A program made the translations under genes and the position numbers. Positions 39,579 to 52,822 of a stretch of 64,000 bases of DNA are shown one piece after another. Source of the stretch: Phoronis australis. Its lineage: Eukaryota > Animalia > Phoronida. The DNA is taken from assembly GCA_002633005.1 (NCBI GenBank), contig NMRA01000231.1, positions 314,082-378,081 on the forward strand. The letters are read 5' to 3'. Within the stretch, counting starts at the first letter, position 1. Each line of letters opens with the position of its first letter. A model generated the notes under the pieces. The model did no database searches and was not told the DNA's origin. It saw only the letters and a list, made by a program, of their open reading frames with translations.

Positions 39579-39950
39579 CTATGTTCGACAAAGCTCCAAT
39601 TTCACTTTGGAGGAGAGTCAAGGCCATGCTTGTTTCCTTAGGGCTCGCGTCCTCGTCAAGATCCGAAAATTTTTCTATTAGTTTCTCTGCAAGTGCTTCC
39701 AGTTTTTTACCCTCCTCTCCGCCGATGACTTTTGCAAGCTGCAACAGCTTTGAGCAATTCTCCATAATCTCACGTTTGACCGAAGCCATTTGTTTAGAAT
39801 GGTCTCCAGGAGAGCTGGCCAACTCCTGGAGCTTTTTCTCTAACTCCCGGAAACTTGCCAGAGTTACAACGATTTCATCAGTTGGATTGCCATACTTTCC
39901 TTTCTTGGACACATCTTTGCCCATGGTTTTCTTCTCCCGCTGCTTTTTAC
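39579..39950 (-). CDS. Helical-bundle repeat protein, internal exon (1 repeat)
   Basis: TTTCAG acceptor, G|GTGAGT donor; 372 bp, phase 1-1; LQELASSPGDH...IGGEEGKKL. Confidence 0.88.
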
Positions 39951-42900
39951 CTGAAATCATACAGATACCATTATGACACTGTTTTGATAGTGATGGTGAT
40001 GTTGAAGAGCAAGTTGGAAGACTTCATACCAACATTTTTACAGTAGTTTTCAAATAAGCTAACGAAATTTTTTCACGTCCGAAATTGGAGAAAGGTTGGA
40101 GCAAACAAATTTAACTTTTTCCTTGCTTATTTGAAGTTCATTTCTTTTACGTTTTCTGCTACGTGAGCTGAATTTCTCGGTTGTTTTACCTAACCTAACC
40201 AATTGCTTACGTAGGCTCGCTGAAATGATACTATACGACGTTGAAGTCACTTTAACCAAAACACAGTTCCCGTCACGAGCTACTGTGAAATAATTACGCC
40301 CCTAGAAAGTTGTTCAGCTAACTCTGTCTTCACTCGAGTCACAAAATGAGTTCAGTGACTCGCTACTGACAAACAACCCACTCACACAGTGACCCATTAA
40401 TTCACCGGAAGTGTGAGTCACTTTTGCCAAGTTTACATTTCTGGTAATGAGCTGTGTAAATCGAATCAAATTTCAAGGAACGGTTACGTCCTGGAGGGCA
40501 TTACTTTGCTTTAAATATTTCCGTATAGGTTTTAATATCCAATAATTATTAAAGCCCGGGTTTACCATCATTTAGTTAGCATCGGCTAACCACGTGAGGT
40601 GTGAACTAAACTTTCCATTCCGATACACATCCTTGGTGCCAGGCAGCTGTCATGCCCAAATAGTTCGACGACGAGAGCTTATCATTCAAGTTGGTAAGTA
40701 ATACAGTGTAGCCAATTAACAAGTTAAAAACGGCATACAGTCCCTAGGCTTGCGCTAGCCGCTCGACATTGGTGAATTCAGAGGGCACCGACGATATTAG
40801 AGTTAAGTCCATTCGCCAACTTGGCGGATGCTTCCGCATCTTGAAAATAGAAATGATTACGGGAAATCTACTCTCATATCAACTCGCAGCCAGGTCAAAT
40901 CATGTCGCACAGAAAAACACATTCTCACTTCGATTCCGAGTTCTAAAATAACAAGCGAACGTTCAATTTTATGTGCGACATTCCCCCTGAAATCACTCTT
41001 TTACCGCAATGAAATGTTCATCGTGTGGGGGATGGACACTCATGTTAATGGCGATTTCTCGCTTGGTAGTGAGGTCTTGTGTAGGTACTTTCGTTTGTCG
41101 CCGGTTAGTTACAATACTAAAACGACAAATAGAAGACTATTTCGGGGACGACCGAAAGAAAACAAGCTGAAATAAATGTCAGTTTGTTACTTAACGAGTT
41201 ATGTATTCATCACTCTGCACCACAGCCGAAGTCGAACACTTACCAGTATTTTTGCTATATTACTTTGAATACTGATCAATTGTTTTTCCTTAGATCAAAC
41301 GTCTTTTCTCATAGTGCATTGTGAAAAGGACCTGTGTATAGCATGAAAGATAAAAAGTCTGGTCCGTACTTTTATCTTTTGCGGGGTTGGGAAAAAATAA
41401 GGTATTTGGCTAATATTTTTTGAAAATGACTACAAGTTCTCAGATGTTTTATCCATTTTGGCTAATACTTTTAAAAGTGTAGGGGGAGCCAAGAGTCCTG
41501 TATGTCGGGACCGGATAAAATTAGACAAGGTAGACAGGTAAAACATACACATTTGGAGATTCAATAAAATTGCAATATTTTTATTTTTAACTCCAATAAG
41601 AATGGTAGTTTTAACAAAGATATGGGCGACACGGGCAACTACAATTAACCAATCCCATTATCTCTCTCTTCATTTTCTCTAGTCTATTCCCTTTATAAAC
41701 CAGAAAAGGTTGGTATAAGCAAACACTTCGAGGCGTTTGTGTTCATGCCTGATGAAAAATCGAACCCATTAAGGCTCGAAACCTTATGTTTTAGATAATA
41801 CTCTTTCGGATTTTAAGCTATTTTAACTGGTTCTTCAAAATAGCAAGCAACGTAAATAACCATGTTTTGCTCAGTTGGGTCGAGACATTTTATTTCACGT
41901 GTAGACGTAGTTGTGGCAAGCGCCAATCTCCCTTAATCAATTGACAATCAAGCTACATGGAGAATCAAATTCTTTGAAGAGTTTCCTATAACTGGCTGGA
42001 ACTGGAATTACTAGATGATTTCTGAAAACGCACAGACAATAAATTAGAAAGTACTGTAGTGAATCAAGGCATTTCCTGTCGTCCCGTATCTCTGGGTTTG
42101 GATGGATCGTGTGAAGTGCTATTTCAATGTAATGTCCAGTTTTCGATCCTATTTACCGTTCTTGGGTTATTTGACGTTTTCTGACCAAACGACTGTTATT
42201 TTGTTGTCCTACACATCGCTGTTTTTGTTTTTCTCTCAAATACTAGGTACACGTGTCAAATCGAAATTTACACAGCTACATAAACTTTTCAATATTTTTA
42301 AAATCATGTCCAACGCCATCAGTAGCTTTGGCAGTTTTGTTTTCATTGCCGCTAGTTATCTACACGGGGAAACCTGTACGCCACACGTACCGATGCATAA
42401 AAATGTAGGCCTGGTGCCTTCTGTGGTGCACCAGGGGTGCTTAAGCCACATAGCTGGGCCCATTGCATTGATTAAGACTGAACGAGAACGCTAAGCATGA
42501 CGTTCTTGGTGAGTAAAGTCTTCTAATCTTCCCATTTTTGCGGAAATTTGGAAACGTTATTGTATCTGTAGGATCTAACGATTTCTACCAGGCAAGTTAC
42601 ACTTCCATCTAGCAGAAGATTGGAAGGACTCGAATAAGCAGGTTAAATTGAAACAGACTGAATGTCGATCAGTTTCAACTTCCAAAGCCACACATAGGGT
42701 GGTTTGAGCAAGTCACATGACGTGATGTTTCGAAGCTGAGCTAAGTTGCAGTGCCCAGTAACTACTCGTACTTACATGTAGGTCACCAGCCGAATAGTCA
42801 GCCTATCTAACACGTGTGTTTCGGATGAATGATGTACTGCAGGTGCGTGTGTTTAATTTTCTTTTAAAATGGTACAACAAACCAGCTGCGGTTTTGTTTA

Positions 42901-43859
42901 ATAAAACCATCAGTGATTAGGCATGGTACCCATCCTTCAAAGTGAAGGGACGGAGGGGGGATTTGTATTTTGCACTGTCGCCCCTTTGGCATTGGTGTCA
43001 TTGGTTTCACGGTCGTCATTGACTGGCGGATACATTGACAAAGGCGATGTTAATGAAAGCACTGTATTCTCGTCTCATCAGTGCTGTCCCAGTTATTTGC
43101 ATAGCCGTATCGGAGTCAATGACGTCATGGATTTTAATGTTTACACCATTAGTGCCAAGATCGTGTTTGATATCGTTGTCCGGGCGTTGGGGTTGTCGTG
43201 GGGGTCGTCATCATAATCATATTTGGTAGACGTCGTTGTTGTCACTGTCAGTGACCTTGTTGTAATTGACAGCGTTTTTTGTAGTCGCATCGGCGACTGT
43301 CTCATTCAGATGCTGACGGTATCGTCGTTGCTCATGTCAATAGAAGGTTGTCGTAGCTAGGTGTCACGGTTGTCTTCGTTGTATTTGTTGCTGTTCTAAA
43401 GAATTTGTTTCCATGAAAATCCTCCAGGTGACAGCCCATCATACAAATTTCAAATCTTTTGGAAACAAACCCTATCAGTTTTGAAGAACAGCGTATACAT
43501 CATAGTATGTATTTGAACGTCTCATGAAACCGGTCAGCTATTCCTAAGGTATGACGTTCCTATCTAAATTTGGACATCTCACTGGGGTCCGGCATAATCT
43601 TGATAATTAACTGCACAGCTGCACATCATTTTTGTACTATATGAACACATCCCTGAACTGTGTTAATGTGATGTACATGTGGAGATACCATTTATCAACA
43701 AATAGGCCCATAGTACGCGTCTATACTCAAGTGATCAATTCAAAGAATTGATTATATGATGAAATCTATCAAGCAAATGACTGTAAATTGAAACGAACTA
43801 CGTTACGATTAACAAGAACAACGTCATCGTAAAAGATATGCTTCTAGGGGTGTTTAGTA

Positions 43860-45260
43860 GTCATAAAAAAGGCCACTAGATGACACCAAATACAAAAATG
43901 AGAAGGCATTGTTATTCCTATAATGCACCATCGAACGCCACATTTATAGAAACAAACGTAAAAATTGACTATAGTCGGATACGTCCATCTGATGTGAAAT
44001 AAATATAAAGATCTAGCACGGGTTAGGAGCTCAGAAAATACAGCCCAGATGCTAAAAATCCAGTTGGGATACGATAGCAGTTGAACACAACAGGAAATCC
44101 ATATCAGTCGTCCACATGTCAGTACAGTGTACACGCCTATCAATTTTTATAACGATCCTTTGATTGGCTTGGCGGATAAAGAGGCAAACGAAAAAGGCAA
44201 ACTTAAAAATAATAGCCACGAAGTGGTGCCAAATATTTAATAATGTAGATCTTGACGGCTTTTTAATAAAGATGTGTGTCAAATTTCAAAAGGGTTCATC
44301 CAGGAATTCTGGAGATGCAGGGGTTAACACAAACACTAAAATTGGCATAGTGGGAACAGAAGTAGTTGGCGCCGTCCAAAAGTCGTGGGTATCCTTTGTC
44401 GCTTTTTATAGAAACAGTTGCAAAATTACACAAACATCCTGCAATTGATTAAAGAACACAATATCATCAAATCACCGGTTAGGGACGACATATTCATCTC
44501 TCAGCACCGTCTAAAAATCGACGACAGCTTTGGTCTTCTAAAAATGAACACATCCGCTAAGTTTCATAACCATCAGTTTGGGAGGTAAAGTGTAGAAAGC
44601 CCAAGAACAGACTCGAAAAAAGGTCAACCAGGTGGCGCAGAATGCGCCTAATCCGACTTACCAAATAGCACAAAATGAATCAATGAACTTACTAAATACG
44701 CAGAAATGCGTTAACAAATAAATCGCTTTTAGGGGTGCACCAGTTGTCGGATTGGTCTGAAACTCGTCATTATCTCATGTCAGGTCCACAGGAAAACACC
44801 TGCCTAATTTCACAAATGTCGTAAAAAAGGCCCCGGGAGCAGAAAAAAAAAACAAAATTCACACTACGGGGTGGAGGCGCGGTCGAACCAGTCCGAAAAT
44901 GAACGTAAGCTGCGGCCTCCTTAATCAAAAACACACCTGAAAATTGATCACTAAGTGGCACAGAATCGTCAAAGTCGTGAGAAAGAAGTATCTCCGTATT
45001 CTTAATAGCACCCTAAAGTTAAAATTTCACGAACAATCATCTAGAATCTCCAAAAGATGCAGATGCAAAATTAAACAACTAAAGTTGCCACTTAAGGCAG
45101 CAGCGGTAGTCAGATGGGTCAGATAAGGAATAAAAAAGTATTCCGATCACAATGGGCGTAAATGAGAAGGTGGTCAGATACATACGTAAAAGTTAAGAAG
45201 AGGCATGGAGGATATTCACTAAATGTCAAATGGAAAGCATAGTGGCCACTACAGGGACCC
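43860..45260 (+). repeat. Second cluster of the same degenerate repeat family
   Basis: AAAATGGCCACT/AGGTGGCGC and AAATTTCA.GAA motifs recur. Confidence 0.5.
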
Positions 45261-45332
45261 AACTTTCTGATTCATTGCAGGAACGCTACGTTTTCTTACA
45301 TAAACAGAGCACCTTAAAATTCAGTTACCCAC

Positions 45333-45689
45333 CTACTTCTGCCAAGTTGTCAATTTCTTCGTGCATCATTGTTGCAAGCTTTGCAATCTCCTGAGCGCTT
45401 GCATTTTTGTCTAACGTAAGCAATTTGCTTAGCAATCTTTCTGACAGTTCTTTAAGTTTCTTGCCCTCTTCACCGCCGATGGCTCTAGAAGTATCCAGCA
45501 ATTCTTGGCATTTCTCTCGCATCTCTTCAATGATCTTGGCTATTTCTTCCGAATGGTCTCCGGGAGTTTTAGCCAACTCTTGCAACCTTTTCTCATATTT
45601 CCGGAAAGCCTTCAGTGAAGCCTCTATAGCGTCAGTCGAGTGGTCTACTTTTCCCTTCTTGTGCGCGCTTGTCGGGTCACATTTATTAC
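45333..45689 (-). CDS. Helical-bundle repeat protein, internal exon (1 repeat)
   Basis: CAG acceptor, G|GTGGGT donor; 357 bp, phase 1-1; LQELAKTPGDH...IGGEEGKKL, paralogous to 39579-39950. Confidence 0.88.
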
Positions 45690-45787
45690 CTGTTTGAAAG
45701 ACAATTCGTCATAACAATTGTAATTGAATGCATGGTGTGAATATGGGAGCTGTCGTTAATTAACCAGCTGTCTTCGTCTGAATAGCG

Positions 45788-47203
45788 TTAAGATTTGACC
45801 ACCAGGTGGGGCAGCTATGGATGTTGGCTGTCAAACAACTAAACAGCTATCTGTCCTTTTGGATAGCTTTAAAGGAGAATGCCACCCAAAAACAACCTAT
45901 TTTGTATGAATTTAGATCGAGTAGTTCTACTCGATAACCGCACGTTCGGTTGCGTTACCCGACACCTGGCGGCAGTGGGAGGTGTTGAAATTATCCAATG
46001 ACGTACATGGTTTCATACGCAGTCTGTTCAGCAGTTCACAACACGGGTTACTGGTGTCAGCTTATCTCTTGAATACATCGTTTAACACCAATAAATCATC
46101 AAATTTCGATGTAAAACCCTTAAAATTACACTGAGTTCTTATAAAAACGTGTTGTTTTATTTCGCTGTTACGGATTTATTGGTATTTGGATACATCGTAG
46201 CCTACAAATTTCGCCAGGCTAATTTTCCAAGGTCCGTAGCAGGAGTTTGGGGTCTGCTCGGAGATGAATTCGAGGTATTCTTCCGTGAAATACAGTCAGG
46301 AGAACCTAGATCTGTGTTGTTTAGACTTGGATTTTTTTGAGTTCTGAACACACAAAAAGCTTGTTATCCCGGTCAGTGGCTTGGAACCCGATCAGGCCCG
46401 TCGCGGCCGCCAGAACTGGCACGAACATAAACTAGCTTGAGTTAGAAAGTAGTTTTATATAAGCATTCCTTAGGATGAGAATAATTCATTTTAAAACAAA
46501 ACGCAGAATAATAAACGTCTACATGACAACTCGACCGGCGTCAATCCTGATTTAGTCAAGAGCTTATTTGACGAAGACTTCACGGGTCGGATCGATAGGT
46601 TTCATTTAACCGGAATACACTGATTAAGAAATACTTGAGAGGCGCCGTGAACATGCAACGGAATGTATGGATAGTTCTTTGGTAAGCCGTCATTCGTCAG
46701 AGAACTGTCGACGAAATGCCGGCCACAGTCACGGAGATGTTTCACGGCCTCATACATGTACGTGCTAATAACAGTGTACCTTTCTTCACTACTACGAGCC
46801 ACTTCCTAAGCATTTTGGGCTCTCGAGGAAGTCGAAAAAACAATATACCCGCTTTCTTCGCAGCTTCATAGTTCGGACAAACGGGAAAGATGCACCGCAA
46901 AATAGCGGTATTCACTCTGCAGACGAACCACTGACGTCGCTGCGTCGTTTCTCACCTTCCTCACAGGTTAACGCGACACTTCTCGGCAAAGTGAGGTCGA
47001 CCGTATAAGAGGCGATGTGGATATACACCGATACAGATGGTAAAAAAGACTAATTAAATCGGGTGGCATTCTCCTTTTAAGATTTGACGACCAGGTGGGG
47101 CAGCTATTTTATGTTGGATGTCAGCCAACCAACCACCTGACTCCCTTTGGATAGCTTTAAGATTTGACCAGGACAGCTATGGGATGTTGGATGTCAACCA
47201 ACA
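45788..47203 (+). repeat. ~80-bp tandem repeat (TTAAGATTTGACCACCAGGTGGGGCAGCTAT...GGATAGCT) interrupted by the Kolobok element
   Basis: Units at 45788-45868, 47077-47156 and a partial unit at 47157-47203. Confidence 0.8.
45873..47075. mobile_element. Non-autonomous Kolobok DNA transposon, copy 1
   Basis: Terminal inverted repeats AGGAGAATGCCACCC / GGGTGGCATTCTCCT flanked by TTAA; minus-strand THAP remnant (DCGRHF); colinear with 50988-52992. Confidence 0.85.
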
Positions 47204-50200
47204 AAGTAAGCTTAAGTGAATACCAGCCGACTAACCAACTAATCTTGGGAGGTTTTACAATATTACCACAAGTTGTGGCAGTAGTTATGTGTACACGTGA
47301 CTGGTTGGTTGACACCCGTGTAAGATTCTTATCGTTTACCATTTCGGCCCCAGAGGCATTGGTTGTTAACTTAGTCCAACTCACAAGTTTTCTTTATCCT
47401 CATTTCACAATTTGACCAAGAGGTGTGGCAGTAGTAACGTGTACAACTAACTAGAGGGTTGACATCCATGTAAGATTCTGACATGAATGGACAGGTCAAA
47501 AACTACCCATAAAAATACAGTGTTGTGTTGTTCTCAAAATTATGTGCCAGTATATTTGGAGCCCCTCCCCTACCGGCCCCAAGATGCCATACATGTATTG
47601 TTGTCATCGTTGTCTCATTTGTCACAAATTGTTCACCTCGGACAGGAAGTCGGTAATGGGACAAAGGTCCTATGCCTCAGTTACCACAAAATTCCCGAGG
47701 CACATAAATATTCTCAACTCTCCTTTAAAACTGCTAGGAATCCATCTTTCGCCAAACATGGCGAGACAGACAAGAAGGCTTATACAATAACTGTGTCCTC
47801 GGTTTTCTCGTCACTCAGGCTAGAAGAATTTTCTGGGCTTGCGCAGAAGTGAAAATGTGTTGTTGCCTGAGACATGGCTAAAATTGACTAACAGCCGGAG
47901 AATGGCTTTAAGAATTGTCGAACGGAAAACAAAACAAATCCATGTTGCTGAAGTTACTCAACGACTTATCAACGGCACTATATGTATGAATTTATTTTGA
48001 AAAACATATTTTCGATATTCGTTAAAGTTTGAGGATAATTGTTAGCTCGCCCACTTTATTCATAAAAAATTGTGTTTTTCACAGTCATTCGTAAAACTGA
48101 AAAGTTTCATACAGCATATTTTTTGTTTTAAATAGGTTGATCCGCATGTTTGCACGAATTGACTTTTGATCTGAGAGTACTAGGTCACTGGGAATAAGCA
48201 ATGCCTTTCAATGTCATTTGCCCAACACTTGTGCATTATTTCGCATAATTAATAGTGTCATTTAAGCCTTTCAGTTGGTGTAAGCAGAGGGGTTTATTGG
48301 ATATGTCTAGTATCACAGGTGTTTAGAGGAATAAAAATTAAACCAAACGATCTGATAACATTTCTAACAAAGTGCATCTTATGACATACTCAATTGCACC
48401 AATACTTTGAATAGATTATTTGTTACATTCTACATGTATTAATCCCATGTCAAATAAAGTGCTCCGCTCAAAAATGAAAGTTTCCAAGGAGTGGTTTTGG
48501 CAATAGGGCGGTCACTGATTACACAGCGACACTCGCATCCTGCTGTATTTACCCACAATGCCGTAAACAACCTCCAAGCACATTTGCTGCCTCGTTTTTG
48601 CCACTAGAGTTTCACATGCTATTCGTTGTTGTCTGATTAGTTACACTTTTTCTCGGTTGATTTACTCTGTTCGAAGTACATGTACAACTGTTGTTCTGTG
48701 GGCTGCAACTTAGAAGTGAGTAAGTTTGCAAGACTGGACAAATGCCCGTGGATGCATGATCTAAAATTCTTCGCCTTCCCGACATCAATGAGAGACAGGA
48801 AAACGTGCCAGACCTCCAAAATGAGGCCACGCGCTTTCTTATCTCTGGAAAAATGAGATCTGTCACCGTGTTATCCGGATGGCCCCATTGTTAGATGTTC
48901 TTACCCTGCCCAACTCGTAGATATGCAGCTTTTGGGTGAAAGGCACGTGTATACATCTACATGTAGCTTGAGAACTGATAAATTTATAAAAGTTAGAACA
49001 TCAATTGCTCCCATTTGGATCATTTTAGAAACAACCAGAAATGCATATCAACATTTACAAACACTGAAATCTTAGTTTGTTCTGGTCTCAGTCACTTGTA
49101 GGCCTGCGCTCAGTGACTAGAAAAACAGAAACAGAGAATCCTACACTCGTCTCAGATTTACGCCATGGGCAAAACCCATTTTGGAAGTTTCGTCAAATTC
49201 CCGAGGCTTGGATTTGTTTTCTCACGTGAACCGTAAAAACGATAGTTTTTGCGGAAAAACTCGACGTGTCTAAAAGTTTCAACCACATGACGCAACTTTT
49301 GTAAAACACGCTTGCGCACTGTAAAGTAATTCAGTTACTTTTTGGTGATAGTTTTATTTTAAACTTAACAATTGTAGTTTTGCATTCAGCTTTTGTAGCA
49401 AATATTCAAGTTAGAATCTACTAAATAGTCTTTGAAACTTAAAAAAACATGTTAAAGAGTCAGGAAAGCTTCCTCGCGCGTGAGCACTGAATTGACATGA
49501 GACAGCACATCAAGAAAGTCTCACTGCGTTTCTTGAGTTGGGGTTCGTCTCCGTTTTAATAAACGCGGATATGGAAATCGCCGACGAAGATGGGTCCGTT
49601 TAAGAAGTTGTTTGCATGTCCTTCCGACTGGGAGTACATACAGCTGCGACACCCGATTTGTCAATCGTAACCTCGTCACCTTCTCGAAATTCCGGCATTG
49701 TTTCGTTGGCGGGCGTTTGTATGTTTCACAGTTTTGTAGACACCAAAATGTAAGGCAAATGGATGGATACTACTCGGTGTTACTAACTAGTCGTGTCGTA
49801 ACATATTTCATGTCATGTGAGAAAAAACAATAATTTCCAGCAAGATATCGTTTTCTCAAAAAAAAGTAAAAACAAACAAAAACACACACACACACAAGGA
49901 GACAGGAAAGTAAGGGCAATGGTTTGCCGAGCGATTCATAATTAAATGTAGAGGTACTGTTCGAAAACTCCATAAAGCTTGGTGTAGTCATCCAAATGGC
50001 GAAGAAAACTTTGAGAGTGATCGCTAACATGATGGTGCAAAATACTGCAACACTTGCCGCGGCTTTTGTGACTTGCACCTAGCATTTGTGTTCCTGTATG
50101 TTATTTGTAATGAAGTACACAATCTCGATTAGTCCCTGATTTAGTCTTTCGCTGAATCTCCGGTTAGTTGTTTCTGACAACACCTCCCCTTCAGCGGTGC

Positions 50201-52059
50201 CGACAGGAAAAGATTCCACAATCTATAGCATACGCCCTCCTGTATGTTTTGCTTACCTTACCAGTTTGTTTTCAAAACAGGGAGTGCTTTCAAACGTAGA
50301 GGCAAGAATAAATTAATGTGTCCAAGTTCCACTTTATTACCGTTAAGACCGTTACGTAATTCGCATCCTCCAAACGTCTTTTGCTGTCATTTGGTTGGAA
50401 ACGACTCACACGAAGTAGTGAAACTGTGCGAATGACAGATTCTATCTATGGCAATGCGTATATCGACTACAGATTTCCGTTCAGTAACGCTAGGAACTCA
50501 CTAAAATTTAGCCAGTCTCGTGTTCTCATTCAGAATGCACAACAGCATCTCATGTAATCTCGAGAAGTCTTGGGTTTTCAAGGAAGTCCTGGCGATACTG
50601 AACGGGAGCTAGAGCAAAACCAATTAAAGTTATGAATTGATAATCATGTTACCTGAAACCCGATAAAGCGTCCGTTGGGGCTAAACAACGATGTGAAAGA
50701 GAGTTTTTGCAAATGAAAATAACCGAGATTCAATTTCGACTCATAACTTTATTGACTTTGAGGACCAACCTTGTTTGGAGGGCGATCCTTCTGTGCTAAT
50801 TGATGATCAATCATAAACCATAGGTAAAAGCCGTTTGGCGTCTATCTTGCCTCTAGCATTGCCTTGGTATAGGTATAGTGCAACTTAATTTGTTTTTTTT
50901 TATAGAGATTTCAAATAATTATGTATGATAATCTGTAGTAAATGCAACACTTATGACATCTACGATAAGAGACAGCCAAACATTTAAAAAGAAAATGCCA
51001 CCCAAAAACTAGTTTGTATCAATTTAGATCGACTAGTTCCACTCGATAACAGCAAGTACAGGTCTTTTGTCAAACGCGTGACTACAGACGGAATTGTTGA
51101 AATTAACCAATGACGTCAGCGGTTCTAATGCAGTGGGTTCAGCAGTTCACAACACTCTTACTGGTGTCGGTTTATCGCTGGAATTCATTGTTTTACGCCA
51201 ATAAACCATCAAAACTCGACGTAAAACAAACATATTTCTTATAAAAACGTGTTGTTTTATTTCGCTGTTACGGGTGTTTAGGTATTTCAACGTACCGTAG
51301 CCTACAAAAATTGGTAGGCCAAGTTACCAAGGACGGTCGCGGGAGTTTGGGGTCTGTTCGGAGATAAATCCAAATTACTCGTCCGTAAAATACAGACAGG
51401 AGAACATAACTGTGTTTTGTAATTTTAGACTTGCGATTCTTTTCACTTCTTAACACACAAAACGTTTGTTATCCCGGCCGGGCCAGTAGCTCGGAGCCCG
51501 ATTAGGCCCATCGTAGCCGGACTGAAGACATCATGAACATAAACCAGCCAAAGTTGGAAACTTAACTTCCAGTCACGAAAAGACTATATTAGTGAGCCAA
51601 AGAAAAAAATGTGACGTGATTATTTTAGTGAATCAATCGCGAAACTGCAAATCTACTTACTAGCTCGTCGGAAGGGAGGGGGGCGCAAAGTCACGTTACC
51701 TTTTAAAAAACCGTTAGGGCAAAGGTTGTACAGTAAAAAAAGACTCGAATAATATATATGAATGTCTAAATAAAGATTCCTCTAACATCTGAACATAGTA
51801 TATAAAATTGTCATTGTTTCACAATAGCTTTCTGTCAGCAAAAACTGAGTTAGCATGCACTCACACGGTCTCGGTGCCCGATCAGTTAAATGCATCTAAA
51901 GCCGGTAACGCAGTCATTAATTCATTGCTTGTTTCTCAAAGCATTTGCACTCACGAACATTCCAAGGCATTACAAATTGTACTTAATGAGACAGACTTTG
52001 TTTCAGTTTAATATAAGCATTGGTTAGGGTGAGAGTAATTCATTTTGAAACAGAACGCA

Positions 52060-52500
52060 CAATAATAAACGTCAACGTGGCAACTCACAATCCCGAGTGC
52101 TCATCCGACGAAGACTTCACAGGTCGATTGTTAGGTTTCACAGGCTATCACTTAGAACCGGAATACATTGATCAAGAAATAATAGAGAGGCTCCGTGAAC
52201 GTGCACAGACAATGGAACATATGGAGAGTCCCGAAAACCGTTTGAGTGTCTTGTCATGGTGTCAGCAAGCTACAGGTAACTGCACGATAATGGAAACGAC
52301 GGACGCTTGCGTTTGTTGCCACGAAATTCCGCAAGTGAAACGCCTTCTTGAAGAAGCGCAGATGTGTCTCAAGGACCATCCTGATTTTGCACCGCATCTT
52401 AACAGAGGTGTAGCTACGACGTTTTTATATGGCTGAGAAAAAGAACTGGCAAAACATCCTACGCCCGGAGGACCAAATGGAAGCCTCACGTCGAACGAAT
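52060..52500 (+). pseudogene. KolX-like / P2X7 cytoplasmic-ballast-like Cys-rich domain
   Basis: GYHLEPEY...RL...SWCQ..GNC.IMET..ACVCCHEI...CLKDHPDF; premature stop at 52434-52436. Confidence 0.75.
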
Positions 52501-52606
52501 CAGTCATCAAACAGGTTATATAAATCGTTATGTTCTCATGCCTTGAATTAATTGTAATTGTTTATGTTTTCATGGCCAATTACAATTCTCCATAATCAAA
52601 AACTGA

Positions 52607-52822
52607 TCAACAAGCGATCGGATGAAATGCAGGCAACGGACAAACACGGCGAAGCTTCACCGTCTCAAACTTGGTATTATTTATGACGTACTTTCCATTT
52701 TTCACTACCGCAAGCCACTTAATTCCGAAACAGTATGGGCTCTCGAGGAAGTCGAAAAATGATATACCCGCTTTCCTCGCAGCGTCATAGTTTGCACAAG
52801 CGGAAACGATACACCACACCAT
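52607..52822 (-). pseudogene. THAP zinc-finger N-terminus of the Kolobok transposase
   Basis: MVWCIVSACAN...GISFFDF...KWLAVV...VC: a THAP C2CH-type pattern, degenerate and truncated. Confidence 0.75.

Noticed and set aside
45788-47203. Repeat-spacer pattern suggestive of CRISPR
   Set aside because: Eukaryotic intron; the units are ~80-bp tandem repeats and the apparent spacer is a TIR transposon
49770-50290. Hydrophobic minus-strand ORF and nearby splice-like signals as extra exons
   Set aside because: No phase-consistent acceptor/donor pair and no similarity to the repeat; cannot be supported without RNA data
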